Shown here: positions 63,067 through 64,000 of the stretch, piece by piece
How positions within the stretch are numbered: the first letter of the stretch is position 1
Layout: each line of letters starts with the position of its first letter
Origin: Minisyncoccota bacterium
Lineage (GTDB): Bacteria > Patescibacteriota > Minisyncoccia > UBA6257 > 2-01-FULL-56-20
DNA length: 64,000 bases
Direction of reading: 5' to 3'
NCBI GenBank assembly: GCA_031291905.1
Contig: JARLIC010000137.1
Location: forward strand, 51,762-115,761
Translations under genes and position numbers: made by a program
Notes under the pieces: model-generated
Told to the model about the DNA's origin: nothing
What the model saw: only the letters and a program-made list of their open reading frames with translations
Database searches by the model: none

Positions 63067-63363
63067 ATGAATATCCAAGATTGCAGTTTTCCGGTCAACG
63101 GAGACAGGTTTACTTTCGCACTCGTCAGCAAGGATGCTCACGATACCACTGTCGCCATCAAAGACGCCCGCATTAAGGAACTTGAAGCGTCTCTCTATGA
63201 AGCGCAGTTCGACCTAAAGTACGCCAAGTGGTCGACAGATAATGCGTACGCCGTCGTCGACAAGCTCGGAATTAGGATCGGCAAACTTCGGGTGCATCTC
63301 GCGGCCCGCGACGCCGAGATCGCTGAACTGAAGCTCAGAATCACCAGTGGAGACGCAGAATGA
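63067..63363 (+). CDS. Coiled-coil hypothetical protein
   Basis: KDARIKELE, RDAEIAELK. Confidence 0.55.
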   Translation: MNIQDCSFPVNGDRFTFALVSKDAHDTTVAIKDARIKELEASLYEAQFDLKYAKWSTDNAYAVVDKLGIRIGKLRVHLAARDAEIAELKLRITSGDAE

Positions 63364-64000
63364 TTCGCTACGGGAAGCGGTTGTCGAAGAAGACGATCTT
63401 CGATTACGTCCAGTGCCGTGACGAGAACAGTCATGCGGATTTCGTGTTCGCCGATCTAGTTCGGCAACTCGAAGAGAGAGAAGAAGAACTCGAAGCGAAA
63501 GACGCGGAACTGGCCGAGGCGGCCGAGCCGAAGGCTTGCGGTGCATACAGGATCGTCCACGAGGACGAGTACGCGGAGCTGAAGCGGCAGGCGAATATCG
63601 GCCGCGCCAAGGAAGAACTCTACTTTCGAGCGATGGACGCCAAGGACGCCGAGATCGATCGATATAAGGGCGCGACGGAACTCGCTGGCAAATTGATCGA
63701 CGACAGGAATTCGATCATCGAATCCAAGGACATGACGATCGCTGACCTTGAACGCGACATGGTCTGCCTTGAGCACGAACGTAAGGCTTCCCGACTGGCT
63801 TCCGGCAAGAACGGAGAAACGATCGGCAAACTTCGTGGGGAAGTTAAGACGAAGGACGCCGAGATCGCGTCCCTGAAGTCCGACCTCCAAGCCGTCGTTT
63901 TTGAGAGCGAATCGCAGGCGGCCGAGATCATCCGACAGCGAGACGAGGCCAGGGCCGAACTTCGCAAACTCCAGCGTCTCCAGAGCAGCGAGTCCACCTA
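63360..64000 (+). CDS. Coiled-coil protein, runs off the window edge
   Basis: ATG at 63360 overlaps the previous stop; MIRYGKRLSKK... with repeated KDAEL/KDAEI units. Confidence 0.6.
   Translation, partial: MIRYGKRLSKKTIFDYVQCRDENSHADFVFADLVRQLEEREEELEAKDAELAEAAEPKACGAYRIVHEDEYAELKRQANIGRAKEELYFRAMDAKDAEIDRYKGATELAGKLIDDRNSIIESKDMTIADLERDMVCLEHERKASRLASGKNGETIGKLRGEVKTKDAEIASLKSDLQAVVFESESQAAEIIRQRDEARAELRKLQRLQSSEST

Noticed and set aside
1-64000. Integrase, att sites or host flanks
   Set aside because: None seen; lifestyle and prophage status cannot be determined from this window.

Overview
The whole window is part of a GC-rich tailed dsDNA phage or prophage genome with siphovirus-type organisation. 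No integrase, att site, CRISPR array or canonical endolysin is visible, and both ends cut through genes. About 1.7-48.8 kb is transcribed mostly on the minus strand. In transcription order it carries DNA metabolism genes (beta clamp, C5 methyltransferase with a nested alternative-frame ORF, ParB-like protein, SSB), a probable lysis region built around a papain-like protease, TerS and an intein-containing TerL, portal, minor head protein, HslV-like peptidase, prohead protease, two HK97-fold capsid genes, glycosyltransferases and GroES, fibre-like proteins, neck, tail tube, a G/GT chaperone with a -1 slippery site, a short tape measure and tail-tip genes. From about 49.5 kb to the end, a plus-strand early operon encodes an RNA ligase, three Tat-signal proteins, a DEDDh exonuclease, Gp37/Gp68, a glycosyltransferase, a MazG-like protein, a PEP-CTERM protein, two sigma factors and ThyX. 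The style of SSB, DnaN, the signal peptides and PEP-CTERM suggests a Planctomycetota host (inference only). The most unusual signals are the dual capsid genes with an embedded glycosylation/GroES cassette, three dispersed tail-tube paralogs, phage cargo for host Tat and exosortase pathways, a class 3 intein with an atypical penultimate Cys, a tRNA-like RNA, a recurring 18-bp palindrome, and a perfect 23-bp inverted repeat pair at the strand switch. All family calls come from motif recognition by eye, not database searches.
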